From: the human T2T-CHM13v2.0 reference genome, Homo sapiens
NCBI RefSeq assembly: GCF_009914755.1
Contig: NC_060936.1
Reading direction: 5' to 3' (one strand)
DNA length: 64,000 nt
A program made the translations under genes and the position numbers. Below, piece after piece: positions 42,063-55,543 of this stretch (the stretch's first letter is position 1; every line of letters starts with the position of its first letter). The notes beneath the pieces were generated by a model. The model saw only the letters and a program-made list of their open reading frames with translations. It ran no database searches and had not been told where the DNA came from.

Positions 42063-45000
42063 TGCAGTGAGCCAAGGAGGAAACTCAGTACCCACTTTGC
42101 TTTTCACAAGACAGCCCACAGGAAGCCTCTGTGATCCTAGTAGAGTGAGATTTGTAGGAGAGGTTTACATCCCAAACAGGGTTAACATCCCAAACAGGGT
42201 CCTACGGAACAGACATCCCCCACTTCAAAATGCTCTTCATCCTCTTCACCACAGTGGGGGCTTACTGGCCCTGCCCCTGATGGTTCCCAAAGCTAGTCCC
42301 AGTGCTTCTCCACCCTGCTGTCTCCCTTTTCTCCTCTTCCATCTCCCTTCTCCTCATTCTCCTCTCCCCTTCCTCCTTGAGACACCCCCCACCAAATGTC
42401 TCTCTTCTGCGATCTTTGGTTTCTGCTGACATCTATGCCCATAGAGGTACCTCACTCACCCCAAATGGCATTTCAAAATATTTTTCTGAACAATACATTT
42501 CCTCCCTAAGAATTATAGTGCCAGCTGCTTCCAAAATAGTCATTTAAAAAACATCCGAACTCCATCTTATCTTCAGCCTTAAAACAAGGAAATACTCTAA
42601 TGGCATTAAGAACACAAATGCAAATGCTCTGTGCAGCTGCCTTGCCATCAGTTTCAAATGGACTGGGCATTGGAGCTGTCCTTCCAGCCACAGAGGACAG
42701 GAGCTGCCTGCTAAGGGTTTCCACACTGAGCTTGCTGGATTGAAATCCCAGACACATTTGCCTTTCCTGAGGACTCCAGCATGCTGCAGCTGCCATCTCC
42801 TTGAGAGAAAGGGACTAGTTGTTCTGTGAAACTTTGAGATGAAATCGTGGACAGTCTTCCTTTGAGCAGATCCATCCAAACTTACAATTCATTGATGAAC
42901 TTTTAACTTAGAGCAGGCGAGGTTTAATATTTCAGCTTAGCTTTTGGAGAACAAATACATTGGTAGTAGTCTCTACCCAGTTTGCAAGTGGGCTGAGGCA
43001 ACACAGACATCAATGCTGAAGCTGTCCCCCAGGGACAACCAGGGTGACCTGGTTGGGATACCGTTCTTCATAAAGTGGGTGGCAGCCATTGCTTCGCTGC
43101 AAGTAAGATCTGAAATGTAAATCCTCTTTCCAAGTCTGTGGCCAAGCCCCAAAAACACCGGCTTCCAGTAATGCTGTATTGACTTTGGGTCCCAGAATTA
43201 ATTTAGGGAGTATAGAGAATGTGAAAGCTTCTAGCTGAACTGGTCTTGTGCCTGCTTTCGCTGTTAAGGGTAATGAAAGTTCACCCAACTTGGAGTCACT
43301 GAACTTTTCTGAGCTCATATTTCCTTATCTTTAGACAGGAATAATCCCTCACAAAACTAGGGATAAAATGAGACAGTGCTTATGAGGGCGTTTTTTGAAA
43401 CTGTCAAGTGCTCTACCCATCAAATAAATCATCATTCTCTAAATGATGGCCTCATTCCATCTCACCTCCCATCCTTCCTTACCATGCTTTATTTTTCTTT
43501 ATAGCATTTATCATGACTTGAAATAGATATATTTATACATTTATATAGTATAGTTTTCTCTCTATATATAGATATATAGCTAACTTTCCCTACTGCTACT
43601 CTATGCTTGTCAAATATCTATATCTATGTATACACCTACCATGTGAGTATACAGAAGCATTATATATACGTAATGATTTTGTTTTGTCTGTCTCCTCTAG
43701 AATGAAAGCTCTATGAGGACTTTTTGTTCATTATGCATCCCCTACACCCAGAACAATGCCTGGCACAGAATAAGCCCTCAGATATTTGTTACATGTTGTA
43801 TGATTTATATTTACATTACTTGTCAGGGACCATGTGAATCACTTTTACGTATGTGAACTCGTTTAACCTTCATGATAATAACCCTATGAAACTGGTGTTG
43901 TATCCATTTTCCATTAGCCCATTTACTGAGTAGAAATGAACTTATTGAGGTACACATGGAAACTAGCTGTATTTTTACTTACTTTGAAGAATCGCCTTCA
44001 AAGTTCTCCACCCAACTCTTCCTGCTCTGATGATGATGTCTTCAGAGGAAATCCCACAGCATCTGGCCATGTTCACCCATCACATCAGTCTTGGCTGAAT
44101 AATTACAGCTCATTCTCAGCTATTAAAAAGTGTAGTTCAGTCCAATTTAAAACTTCAATCTCACATCTAAGTCAGACCTTCTTCCTCCTTGTGGCTCAGA
44201 ATTTGCTCTGGGAAAGAGGGGTAGGATCAGCTTTTTCTCCTTCCTTTTCTGGCTCCTCCAGGGTTGGGGTTGGGAGACAGTGGGGGAGGAAAGGCAACAA
44301 GAGTCATTTGACAAACTGGTGCTCACTGGGGGCTTCTCCTAGCTATAAGTGCCTTCTGCTATGACTGTCACCCAAATGCTGGGGCCAGGGGTCCTGTCAT
44401 AGGTTTTGGGGGAGCCACTGTGGATCTCTGTCCACATTAGCTGAGAGATGTGCTCTCTAGCCAACCTCCTACCACCTCCACTCACAGGCTGCTTTGGCCC
44501 CTCGGGTAACTGAGGAGTCCCTCTGTAGCTCTGTTATTGTGTTGGAAGCTTCTGGCCAACTCACTGCACACCGAGTGTTACACCCTGATTCTTAGAGATG
44601 CCCAGAGGAGCCCCAAAAAGCAGAACTGGCAGATAGGACAGGCTGAACTCAATGAAGCATAAACAAAAAATAGCTTTGCTTTGTTCCAAGTTTGTCTATG
44701 GCCCACTTCCTTCCCTGACCCCTGATTGTTGCATGGCAGATTTAATAGCTTTTGGGTTATTGATTATAAGAACAAGCATCTTCTCAATAATTTATACTCT
44801 TTTTTAGATGTTAAAAGTCCAGTCCAGTCCAGTTCTTGAATTTAAAACTGCAGTCTCACATCCACTTCAAAACTCCTCCCTAGCCCAGCTGGGGTCTGGC
44901 TATCTGTGGCTTGGGGACCCACAGTGAGGAAGGGAAGAGTGTGATCTGATCTTCTCCTTTCCCTGACCATTCCCTCCTGCTCCTGGTCCCTTTAGGTGTG

Positions 45001-46315
45001 TTAGACTGAGAAAAAATACTTTCAGAATATAACTCTAGCTCTCCAGGGAAACAGTGAAATAAATTTTTAGAGAACAACAGAACTATAAATTGAAACAAAC
45101 ATACGGTAATAGGGATCACAATTGGCATGCTCATGACGTTGTCCAAGCTTATTAATAGGCAATTTTTTAACAGATGGTAGAAGTGTCTAGCTCTGTCTAA
45201 CTTAGAATGCAACATTCAGTTTTCATACGATTAAAGAGCAAACATTTATGTAGGGCTTTCTGTATACCTGGTACTGTTCTAAGCACTTTACATATATCAA
45301 CCGTGTCTAGTCCTCTAAATAACTCTATGAAGTAGATACTGTTATTGTTCCCATTCCATGGATGGCAAACTGAGTCCCAGAGAAGCTGGATGATTTGCCA
45401 AGTTCACACAGCCAGTAAGTGGTGGACTCAGGATGTGAACCAAGGAAATATGGCCCCAGAGCTCATGCCCTTAGCCACCTCATTTACACAGGATGAGTTA
45501 TTTCAGGGTTAGGCTAGGTATGTGTGGAGGCAGGTTTTGTGCACACACTTGTCCTTTTGACTTTGTTGCAGTCATTAGTAGTCATCTGGTGATCTCCTAG
45601 GTGATGGAATTTTGGAGAGAAGTCTCAGCCTCTGTGTATCTCAGGGATCAAGTGTGCTGATCACTGCAGTTGAGAAATGCTTTCCCAAATCTTCCCAGCT
45701 GGGGTGTTCTGGGTACTGTGAACTCTGGGGTACTGAGTACTAACTCCCTCAGCACCCGGGTTCATCCATTTATCTGATATTCATTTATCTCATGTCTGTG
45801 TGGACCCAGCCCCGTGCTGGAAGATGGGATACAGAGTGAAGTCTGCCTCCAAGGAGAAGGCCCTGTAGAGGAGATATATACACATGAGTGACTGCAAAAC
45901 CAGATGGCAAATGCAATTCCTGAGTATGAATGCAAGATTGGAAGGGCACAGGATTAGAGGGATGCTTCCTCCTTGTAGGGGTGAGGGGCAGCCTGAGAAC
46001 CAGGCTGGTTGTGGAAAAGCTCCAGGCACTGAGCATCCCCCTCTCTCAGCCCACAACCCTGGAAGGTCCATGGAAGCTAAAGTGGGTGTTTTAATTTCAC
46101 CAGAAACCTCCTTCTCCTGCTTGACCACTTGTCTTTCAGAAACTCTAATAAAACAAAAACTCTACCCACACAAAGATGGAGCATCACTGCATTTGGCCAA
46201 CAAGCTAAGCCTTTTCAGAAAGAACAACTGAGCCTCAGATTTTTGAGAAAAGAGAACATCTCTAGCCTACAAATGAGTTGCTTTCCAAGCATTTGTAAGC
46301 TGCATTTCAGTAGAG

Positions 46316-46656
46316 CAGAGGTCCTCAACCCCTGGTCTGTGGACTGGTACTAGTCTGTGGTCTGTTAGGAACTGGGCCACACAGCAGGAGGTGAGTGGGT
46401 GGGCGAGTGAGCGAGCATTACCTCCTGAGCTCCACCTCCTGTCAGATCAGTGGTGGCATTAGATTTTCACAGGAGTGAGAACCCTATTGTGAACTGCGCT
46501 TGTGAGGGATCTAGGTTGTGTTTTCCTTATGAAAATCTAATGCCTGATGATCTGAGGTGGAACAGTTTCATCCTGAAACCATTCCTTCAACCTGTCCAAG
46601 GGAAAATTGTCTTCCATGAAACCAGTCCCTGGTACCAAACAGGTTGGGGACTGCTG
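46316..46656 (+). mobile_element. MER1B hAT-Charlie MITE, complete
   Basis: TIRs CAGAGGTCCTCAACC / GGTTGGGGACTGCTG; 341 bp; perfect 8-bp TSD CAGTAGAG (46308-46315, 46657-46664). Confidence 0.9.
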
Positions 46657-47029
46657 CAGTAGAGGCCACAAAGTGAAAGAATGTCTTCTTCAACTCACAC
46701 TTATTGAGGGCCCACCATGTGCTGTAGCCCATGGAATTTCCAATAATGTCAGGTTTTGAGCCCTGAACTTGAGGATCTTTCACCCTTACTCACCATGTGA
46801 TGATGGGCAGGTCCTTTTCCCTCTCTGAACCTCACTTCCTCCATCTATCAAATGGGGAAGTTAGTCTACAAGCATATGAGGATCTTACCGTATTAGCCCA
46901 AAACACTTTTCAACTAGAAATCATAAAATAGCTAACACTGACTCTATGCCAGTTCCTGGGCAAGCCCTTTTCATGGATTATCTCATTTAATCCTCGCATA
47001 CTCTGTGAATGAGATGCTGTGATCTGGGT

Positions 47030-50000
47030 TTTTTGTTTGTGCATTTAAAACTTTTTAAAAGAGAAATTTTAGTTTGACAGCAAAGAATAAATTGTACAGA
47101 GATTTCTCATATACCCCGTCCCTACACTTGCCCAGCCTCCCCCATTAACAACATCCCTCACCAGAGTAGTACATTTGTTACAACTGATGAACCTACATTC
47201 ACACATCATCACCCAAAGTCCATAGTTTATATTAGAATTCACTCTTGGTGAATTCACTCACATTGGTGAATTCACTCACATACTGTGAGTTTGGACAAAT
47301 GTATAATAACATGTATCCATTGTTTTGGTATCATGCAGAGTATTTTCACTGCCCTAAAAATCCCCTGTTCTCTGCCTAGTCCTCTCTCCCTGTCCCCTAA
47401 CCCCTGGTAACTACTGATCTTTTTACAGTCTCTAGTTTTGCCTTCTCCAGAATGTCATATAGCTGGAATCGTACAGTATGTAGCCTTTTCAGATTGGCCT
47501 CTTTCCATTCATAATATGCATTTAGGTTTCCTCCATGTCTTTTGTGGCTTGACAGCACATTTCTTTTTAGTGCTGAATAATATTTCATTGTCTGGAGGTA
47601 CCATGGTTTATTTATCCACCTACTTACTGAAGGATATTTTGGTTTCTTCCCATTTTGGCAATTATGAATACAGCTGCTATAAATATGCATGTGCAGGTTT
47701 TTGTATGGACATAAGTTTTCAACTCCTTTGGGTAAATACCAAGAAGGGCAATTGCTAGATTGTATGGTAAGAGTTTATTTAGTTTTGTAATAAACTGCCA
47801 AACTGTCTTCCAAAGTGGCTGTACCATTTTGCATTCCCACAGCAATAAATGAGAGTTCCTGTTGCTCTACATCCTCACCAGCATTTGGTGTTGTCAGTGT
47901 TCCAGGTTTTGGCCATTCTAATAGGTATGTAGTGGTATGTCGTTGTTTTAATTTGCATTTCCCTGATAACATGTGATGTGGAGCATCTTTTCATATGCTT
48001 ATTTGCCATCTGTATATCTCTTTGGTGAGGTGTTTGTTAAGTAAGGTCTTTGGTCCATCTTTTAATTGGGTTGTTTGTTTTCTTATTGTTTTTAAAGAGT
48101 TATTTGTATCTTTTGAGCAACAATCCTTTATTAGATGTGTCTCTTGCAAATATTTTCTCCCAGCCTGTGGCTTATCTTCTCATTCTCTTGACATTGTCTT
48201 TCACAGAGCATAAAATTTTAATTTTAATGAAATCCAGCTTATCAATTATCTCTTTCACGGATTGTGCCTTTGGTGTTTTATCTAAAAAGTCATCATCATA
48301 CCCAAGGTCATCTAAGTTTCCTTCTATGTTGTCTTCTAGGTGTTTTACAGTTTTGTGTTTTACTTAGATCTATGATCCATTTTGAGTTAATTTTTGTGAT
48401 GGGTATAAGGTCTGTATCTAGATTCACTTTTTTTGCATGTGTATATTCAGTTGTTCCAGCACCATTTTGTTTAAAAGATTATCTTTACTTCATTTATTGC
48501 CTTTGATCCTTTGTCAAAGGTCAGTTGACTATATTTATGTGGGTCTGTTTCTGGACTGTCTATTGTGTTTTGTTGTTCTATTTGTCTATTCTTTTCCCAA
48601 TACCATACTGTCTTGATTACAGTAGCTTTATTGTACATCTTGAATATGGGTGGAATCAATCCACCAATTTTGTTCTTCTTCAATATCAGGCTGACTATTC
48701 TGGGTCTTTAGCCTTTCCATAGAAACATTAGAATCAATTTATTGATTGCCAGAAAATAACTTGCTGGGATTCTGATTGAGATTGTATTGAATCTGTTGAT
48801 CAAGATGGGAATAACTGACATATTGGCAATATTGCATCTTCCTATCCATGATTATGGAATCTCTATTTTTATCTAGTTCTTCTTTGATTTAGTTCATCAG
48901 AATTTTGTGGTTTTCCTCGTGTAGCTCTTATACATAGCTTGTTAGATTTCTACATAAGTATGTCATTTTGAGGGGATGCTAACATAAATAGTATTGTGTT
49001 TTCAACGTCAAATACCACTTGTTTATTACTGGTATATAGGAAAGTGATTGACTTCTGTATATTAGCCTTGTATCTTGCAACCTTGCTTATTAGTTCCAGG
49101 AGATTTTTTTTTCTTTTGTAGAATCTTTTGGATTTTCTACTTGGACAATTATGTCATCTTTGAACAAAGAGTTTTATTTCTGCCTTCTCAATCTACATGC
49201 ATTTTATTTCCTTTTCTTGTCTTATTGCATTGGCTAATGCAGTATGATGTTGAAAAGGAGTGGTGAGAGGAGTGGTGAGACATCCTTGGCTTGGTCCTCA
49301 TCATAGTGGGAAAACTTTGAGTTTCTTATCATTAAGTATAATGTTAGCTGTAGGTTTTTTGTAGATATTCTTTATCAAATTGAAGAAATTACCCTTTATT
49401 CCTAGTTTGCAGAAAGCGTTTTTTTTTTTTCAAATCGTGAGTGGGTGTTTCAATTTGCCAAATACTTTTTGTGCATCTGTTGATATGATCATATAATTTT
49501 TTAGCTTGTTGATGTGATAGATTACATTAATTGATTTTTGAATGTCAAACCAGCCTTGTATATCTGGGATAAATCCCACTTGGTTATGGTGTATAATTAC
49601 TTTTATACATCATTGGATTCAATTTGCAAATATTCTGTTAAGAATTTTTGCATCTATGTTTATGGGAAATTGGTGTGTAACTTTTTTTAATGCCTTTTAT
49701 CTGATTTTGGTACTAGGTAACAGCTGACTTCATAGAAAGAGTTAGGAAGTAGTCCCTCTGCTTCTGTCCTCTGAAAGAGATTGTAAAGAATTGACAAAAT
49801 TTCTTCTATAAATGTTTGGTAGAATTTACCAGTGCACCCATCTGAACCTGGTGCTTTCTGTTTTGGAAGATTATTAATTATTGATTCAATATACTTAATA
49901 GATATAGACCTATTCTGTCTGTTTCTTTCTGTGTGAGTTTTGGCAAATCAAATCTTTCAAGAAACTAGTCCATTTCATCTAGATTATCGAATCTGTGGGC

Positions 50001-53000
50001 ATAGAGTTATTTATAGTATTCCTTTATTATCCTTATAATGTCTATAAGATCTGTAGTGGTGTCTCCTCCTTCAATACTAATATTACTAATTTGGGTCTGC
50101 TCTCTTTTTTCTTTGTTATGCTTGCTAGAGGCCTATCAATTTTAGTGATCTTTTCAAAGGACTGGCTTTTGATTTTATTGATTTTCTTTATTGATTTCCT
50201 GTTTTCAATTTCATTGACTTCTGCTCTAATTCTTATTGTATCTTCTTCTTACTTCAGATTAAATTCACTCTTCTTTTTCCAGTTTCCTAAGGTGGAAACT
50301 TAGATTATTGATTTTATATCTTTTCCAATATATGCATTCAGTGTGATAAATTTTCCTCTACTCACTGCTTTCATTTCATCTCACAAATTTTAATGTTGCA
50401 TTTTCATTTTCATTTGGTTCAAATATTTTTATTTCTCTGAGATTTCTTCTTTGCTCCATGAGTTATGTAGAATTGTTGTTTTATTTCCACACATTCAAGG
50501 ATTTTCTAGTTATCTTTCTGTTATTGAATGATAGCTTAATTCTACTGTGGCCTGAGAGCAGACATTATATGATTTTTGTTTTATGACCCAGAATGTGATC
50601 TATCTTGATGAATGTGCCATATAAGTTTGAGAATATATATTCTGCTATTTTTGGATGAAGTTGTCTATTAATGTCAATTATATTTAATTGATTCATGTCC
50701 TTACTGATCTTCTGCCTTACTGATTTCCATTTCTGATAGAGGGGTATTGAAGTTTCCAACAGTGATACTGGATTCATCAATTTTTCCTTGCAGTTCTATT
50801 AGTTTTGGCCTTATATAGTTTGATGCTGTCTTGTTAGGCACATGTATATTAAGAATCATTGTGTCTTCTTGGAGATTGATACCTTTATAATTATATAATG
50901 CCCTTCTTTATCCTTGATAACTTTCTTTGCTTTGAAGTATGCTCCATATGAAATTAATATAGTTATTCCTGTTTCTTTTGATTAGTATTATCATAGTATA
51001 TTTTTCTCCATCCATTTACTTTTAATCTACATGGATCTTTATATTTAAAGTGGGTTTCTTATAGACAACATATAGTTGGATCTTGTTTTTTGAACTGCTT
51101 AGGCAATCTTTGTCTTTTAATTGATGCATTTAGACCATGATCTTCGAAGTAATTATTGATAAAATTGGATAATATTTACCATATTTGTTACTGTTTTCTA
51201 TTTGTTGCCCTTGTTATTTGTTACGATTTTTGTCTTCCACTCTTCTGCTGCCCTTTGCAGTTTTAATTGAGCATTTCATATCATTCCATTTTTTCTCCTT
51301 TATTAGCATATGTTATACTTTAACATAAAAAAACCTTTTAAATGGCCTTCCTATAATTTGCAATATATATTTACAACTAATTCAAGCCCACTTTTAAATA
51401 ATGCTATGCCACTTCACAAGAAGGGCGAGCACCTTATAATGAGAAAATCATAACTTTTGTGCCCTCTGTAAAAAAAAACATGCACACATACTTATGTATG
51501 TGTTTTAATTGATATACACATATAATCAAGTACTTTGTTGCCATTATTATTTTGAATAAACTGTCATCTGTTAGATCAATTAAAAAACAAGAAAAATAAG
51601 TTTTTATTTTACTTCACTTATTCCTTCTTCAGTCCTCTTCCTTTCTTTGTGTAAATCTGAGTTTCTGACCTATATCAATTTCCTTCTCCCTAAAGAATTT
51701 CTTTTAACATTTCTTGCAAGTCAGGTTTACTGAAAACAAATTCCCTTAATTTTTGTTTGTCTGAGATAGTCTCTACTACTACTTCAGTTTTGAAGGATAA
51801 TTTCTAGTGTACAGAAACTTAGGTTGGTAGGTTTTTTCCTCTCAATACTTTAAATATTTCATTTCACTCTCTTCTTGTTTACATGATTTCCAAGCAGAAG
51901 TCAGAAGATAGTCTTGTCTTTGTCCTATATAGGTAACATGGGTTGTTTTTCTCTCTGGCTTTTTTCAGGATGTTTTTCGTTATCTTTGATTTTCTATAGT
52001 TTGAAAATGATATACCTTGATGTTGTTTTCCTGTGGTTTGGCTTTTTGTTGTTTATTTGACATTTATCCTGCTTGGTGTTCTCTTAGCTTTCTGAATCTG
52101 TGATTTGGTGTCTGACATTAATTTGAGGAAATTCTCAGTCATTTTTGTTTCACATATTTCTTTGCTTCTTTTCTCTCTTTTTTTCTCTTTCTGATATTCT
52201 TATTATGTGTATTTACATCTTTTGTAATTGCCCCCTAGTCCTTGGATGTTCTGTTCGGTTTTTCAGTCTTTGTTCTCTTCGCTTTTTAGTTTTTGAAGTT
52301 TCTGTTGATATCTACACAAGCTCAGAGAGTCTTCAGCTGTGTCTAGTCACCTGCAAATCCATCAAAGTCACTCTTAATTTCTGTTACAGTGTTTTTGATC
52401 TTTAGCATTTCTTTTTGGTTCTTTCTTAGGATTTCTATCTCTCTGCTCACATGGTCCATCTGTTCTTGCAGGCTGTCTAATCTATCAATTAGAACCCTTA
52501 GCAAATTGATCACAGTTGTTTTAAATTCCTGGTCTGATAATTCTGACATCCTTGCCTTGTCTGGTTCTGAGCCTTGCTGTTTCTTTAAATTGTGTTTTAG
52601 CATGCCTTGTAATTCTTTCTTGGTGGCCGAACATGATATGCCAGGTAAAAAAGGAATTGCTGTAAATCACCTTTAGTCATATGGTGGTAAGGCGTGTTGT
52701 TGGTGGGGGAAGCAATCTATTGTCCTGTGATTAGGTCTCAATCCTTTAGTAAGCCTATGCCTCTGGACTGTGAACTTTACTACAAGTGTTTCTCCATTTT
52801 TTCCCTCCCCTCTTAGATGTCATAGGATGGCTAAAGTTGGCTAGAATTGGATATTTCCCTTCTTTCACATGGAAGGTTAGAGGGGACTGGTGTTGGGTTA
52901 TTTCCCTTCTCCGCATGGAAGGCTAGAGCTGACTGGAGTTGGGTATTTCCCTTCTCCCAAGTCAGTTAGGCTCTGATAATACCCCAGCAGATTAGGCTCT

Positions 53001-53512
53001 GGTTAACTAGCTTCTCCTGAAAGCAGGCCTTGTTAAGAAGAACAGAGTGCTCCAGCGTATTTCAAAATGGTTCCTTTACTCCTTCCCCTGCCGGAAGCGT
53101 GAGGGACTTTTGCTCTGATATTTACTGTGGGAACCTGGTCAAGCTCCTAGAGGTACATCTCTCAATATTGTGTGGGTTCCCCTATGATTGGGTCTCCCTA
53201 GAGTTATTTTTTAACTCTCAGCCTTGTCTGCATTAAGCCTTCACAACTTGTCAATTACAATTCAGGTGTTCCTACCACAGTACTGGGTCCTGAGGCAGTT
53301 CCCACTCCTGAGTCTCTGCTCCAGGGAGCCACGATTCCCTGTATTTACCCGTCTCTCCAATCTTGAGGGCAGCAGTTTGCTCTGTGTCCTCCCCTCTCTT
53401 AAGAACCCAAGAAGAATTGTTGATTTTTCAGTTTGTTTTGCTTTTTACTTGTTAGGATGGAGTGGTGACTTCAAAGCTTCTTATATACAGAAAACCAGAA
53501 ACTGGAAGTCAA
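47030..53512 (-). mobile_element. Near-full-length ancient LINE-1 (L1MC1-like 3'UTR), ~6.5 kb, inactivated
   Basis: Collinear remnants: 3'UTR (~47.0-47.6 kb), ORF2 C-terminus (47624..47845 CKMVQPLWKTVW..LLGIYPKE), ORF2 (48471..48683 KATVIKTVWYW), endonuclease (50565..50780 GTFIKIDHILGHK), ORF1 coiled coil (52343..52603), repeat-containing 5' region (~52.84-52.96 kb). Confidence 0.9.
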
Positions 53513-53659
53513 AATGCTGTTTTTATTCCCATTTAAAGATGAGGTAGTTGTCTCCAGGGCCTGTGTTGTCAATATCGGATTTCTGATCAATGCAAAGGAG
53601 CAAAACACTGGAGCATTCTCTATAAAGTCGATCCTAGGTGGAAACCAGAAGGTCTCTGA

Positions 53660-54352
53660 GTTATTACAAAAATTGGGGCTGTGGGGAAAGATGTCCCCCC
53701 CATGCCTCAATAGTGGCTTAAATAAATTAGTGGTCTTACTTTTCTCACATAAACTAAGTCTAGAGGAAGGTAACCCAGCTGCAGTTGGGCAGCTCCTTAA
53801 AAGCATCAGAGACCCAGTTTCTTTCTGTCTTTGTGCTCTGCCCTTTCTAGCAGATGGCTTCCAGTTTCTATATCACCTCATGGTCCAAAATGACTGCTAG
53901 ACTCCAAAAACTATCTTCCAGGAAAGAAGTAGAAAAAAATGGGGTAAGGGAAGAAAGGTCAAAGCTCCCAGTTCAGTCAGCCCTCTTTAGACTCTTTCCC
54001 AGAGCTCAGCCCAGTGATTTTCCCTTACATCTCATTGGCTGCCTTTGGCTATCAGGGAGGCAAGAAAATGTGGTCCACTCTATCCTGGAATAAAAACTAC
54101 GGTTTGAGCCAGGTGCAATGGTGCAGGCTCATAGTCCCAGCTACTCAGGCACGAGGCTGAGGTGAGAGGATCACTTGAGCTCCTGAGTTCGAGTCCAGCC
54201 TGGGCAACACAGCGAGAGCCCCTCTTAAAAAATTTTTTTAAACTTAAATAATAATTAGGATTTATTTACCTTGGACTAAGGATGAAGGGGAAAAAAGAAA
54301 AAATAATTAGGGTTTAGTGGGGAAGGAGTAGGCAACTAGCCATTTTATCCAC
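53660..54352 (-). mobile_element. Old MaLR LTR (MLT1-like) with a sense Alu monomer (FLAM) at 54107-54232
   Basis: agacccagtttctttctgtctt...ttcccttacatctcattggct; FLAM gccaggtgcaatggtg...gggcaacacagcgag. Confidence 0.55.
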
Positions 54353-55499
54353 ATAAGGGTGTTTCACACATCCATGCATCCTTGTATATGCTACAACTAT
54401 GAAATGGAACTCAGGATCCTGGAAGAGTATAGGTTATTCTCTCAAATTATGAGCTCATGGGAAGTAACATGGGTGGTACAATGTGATCACTTAAGACTGT
54501 GGAGGGTGACATGATTCATGGTCAGCAATTTGCTGAACTTTTCAGGAAAAGGCTGGCTTATGGATAGGCACTAGATAGTTGTGATATAGTGTAATTTGAA
54601 TATGTGGAGAGGCCATTTGGCCTCAAAAATATACCTTCTGAAATAAAGGCTTAATGATGTCTTAAATTCCTCAATCCCACTTATTTAAGTCTGTAAAAAT
54701 GCAACTAGAACAGGATAAGATCATTCATTAATACTTATCACTTACTAACACTTCAGTATGTATGAGTTTAATCTATTAAGGAGACTCAGAGATCAGTTGA
54801 TGCAATCCCTTCACTTTCCAGATGTGGAAATTAAAGCTCAGAGGGACTGAGTGGTTTTCCCCAGTTCCTACATTTGGTGGCAGGTCTCCCCCTCCCCCAC
54901 ACTGGATCCAGTGGTGGGGCTGAGAGTGTGGAAGAGACACCAGTAAGAGGTAGAGAGACTGGAGAAAGGGAAGCTGAGGTGACAGATGTGCTTGTATGAA
55001 TTAAATTTATTTATATCCTGCATTTTTTCAGTGAGGACATGGGTAATTGGCAGTTTGGGTTGTGGGTGGCTCATCCTTGAAGATTTGGCTCCTTTCTCCT
55101 CGCTGACCATCCTTGGGCAATGGGGAAAAAAGCCAAGTGTGTTCTGGGGACCTGTGCTTCATCAGCTGCACTTACCTGCATTGGAGAGAACAGAGACTTC
55201 CTCATTTACACGGTGGCCCTCTTCTTCTAGTCCCACCAGTCTGCCCACCCTCCTCCCATCCTGACGTGGGGTCACTTGCACACCCCTGAACTGACACAGC
55301 AGAAGATGAGGGCACTCTTGAGGCATCTTTAGGATCCTTCAAAGATGGTCTTTTTCCAGTTCTCAAAGGAAAAAAAAATACGTACATAGACAGACTTTCC
55401 TTCTACTTTTAATTCTTGTATATATTTTTCTTAATATTTTTGAATCTGCTGTGGGGCATCCATGACAGAATGTCTGATTTCACACCAGGTTTTTTCTAG

Positions 55500-55502
<3 letters not shown>

Positions 55503-55540
<38 letters not shown>
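55503..55540. repeat. (TG)19 microsatellite
   Basis: Perfect dinucleotide run next to a MIR. Confidence 0.97.

Positions 55541-55543
<3 letters not shown>

Noticed and set aside
42162-42199. Two-copy 18-bp tandem GGTT(T/A)ACATCCCAAACAG within a 150-aa ORF
   Set aside because: Simple local duplication; the ORF starts in a MER3 element and has no recognisable domain.
47030-53512. Active L1 or domesticated L1 gene
   Set aside because: ORF1 and ORF2 are broken into short fragments by many stops and frameshifts.
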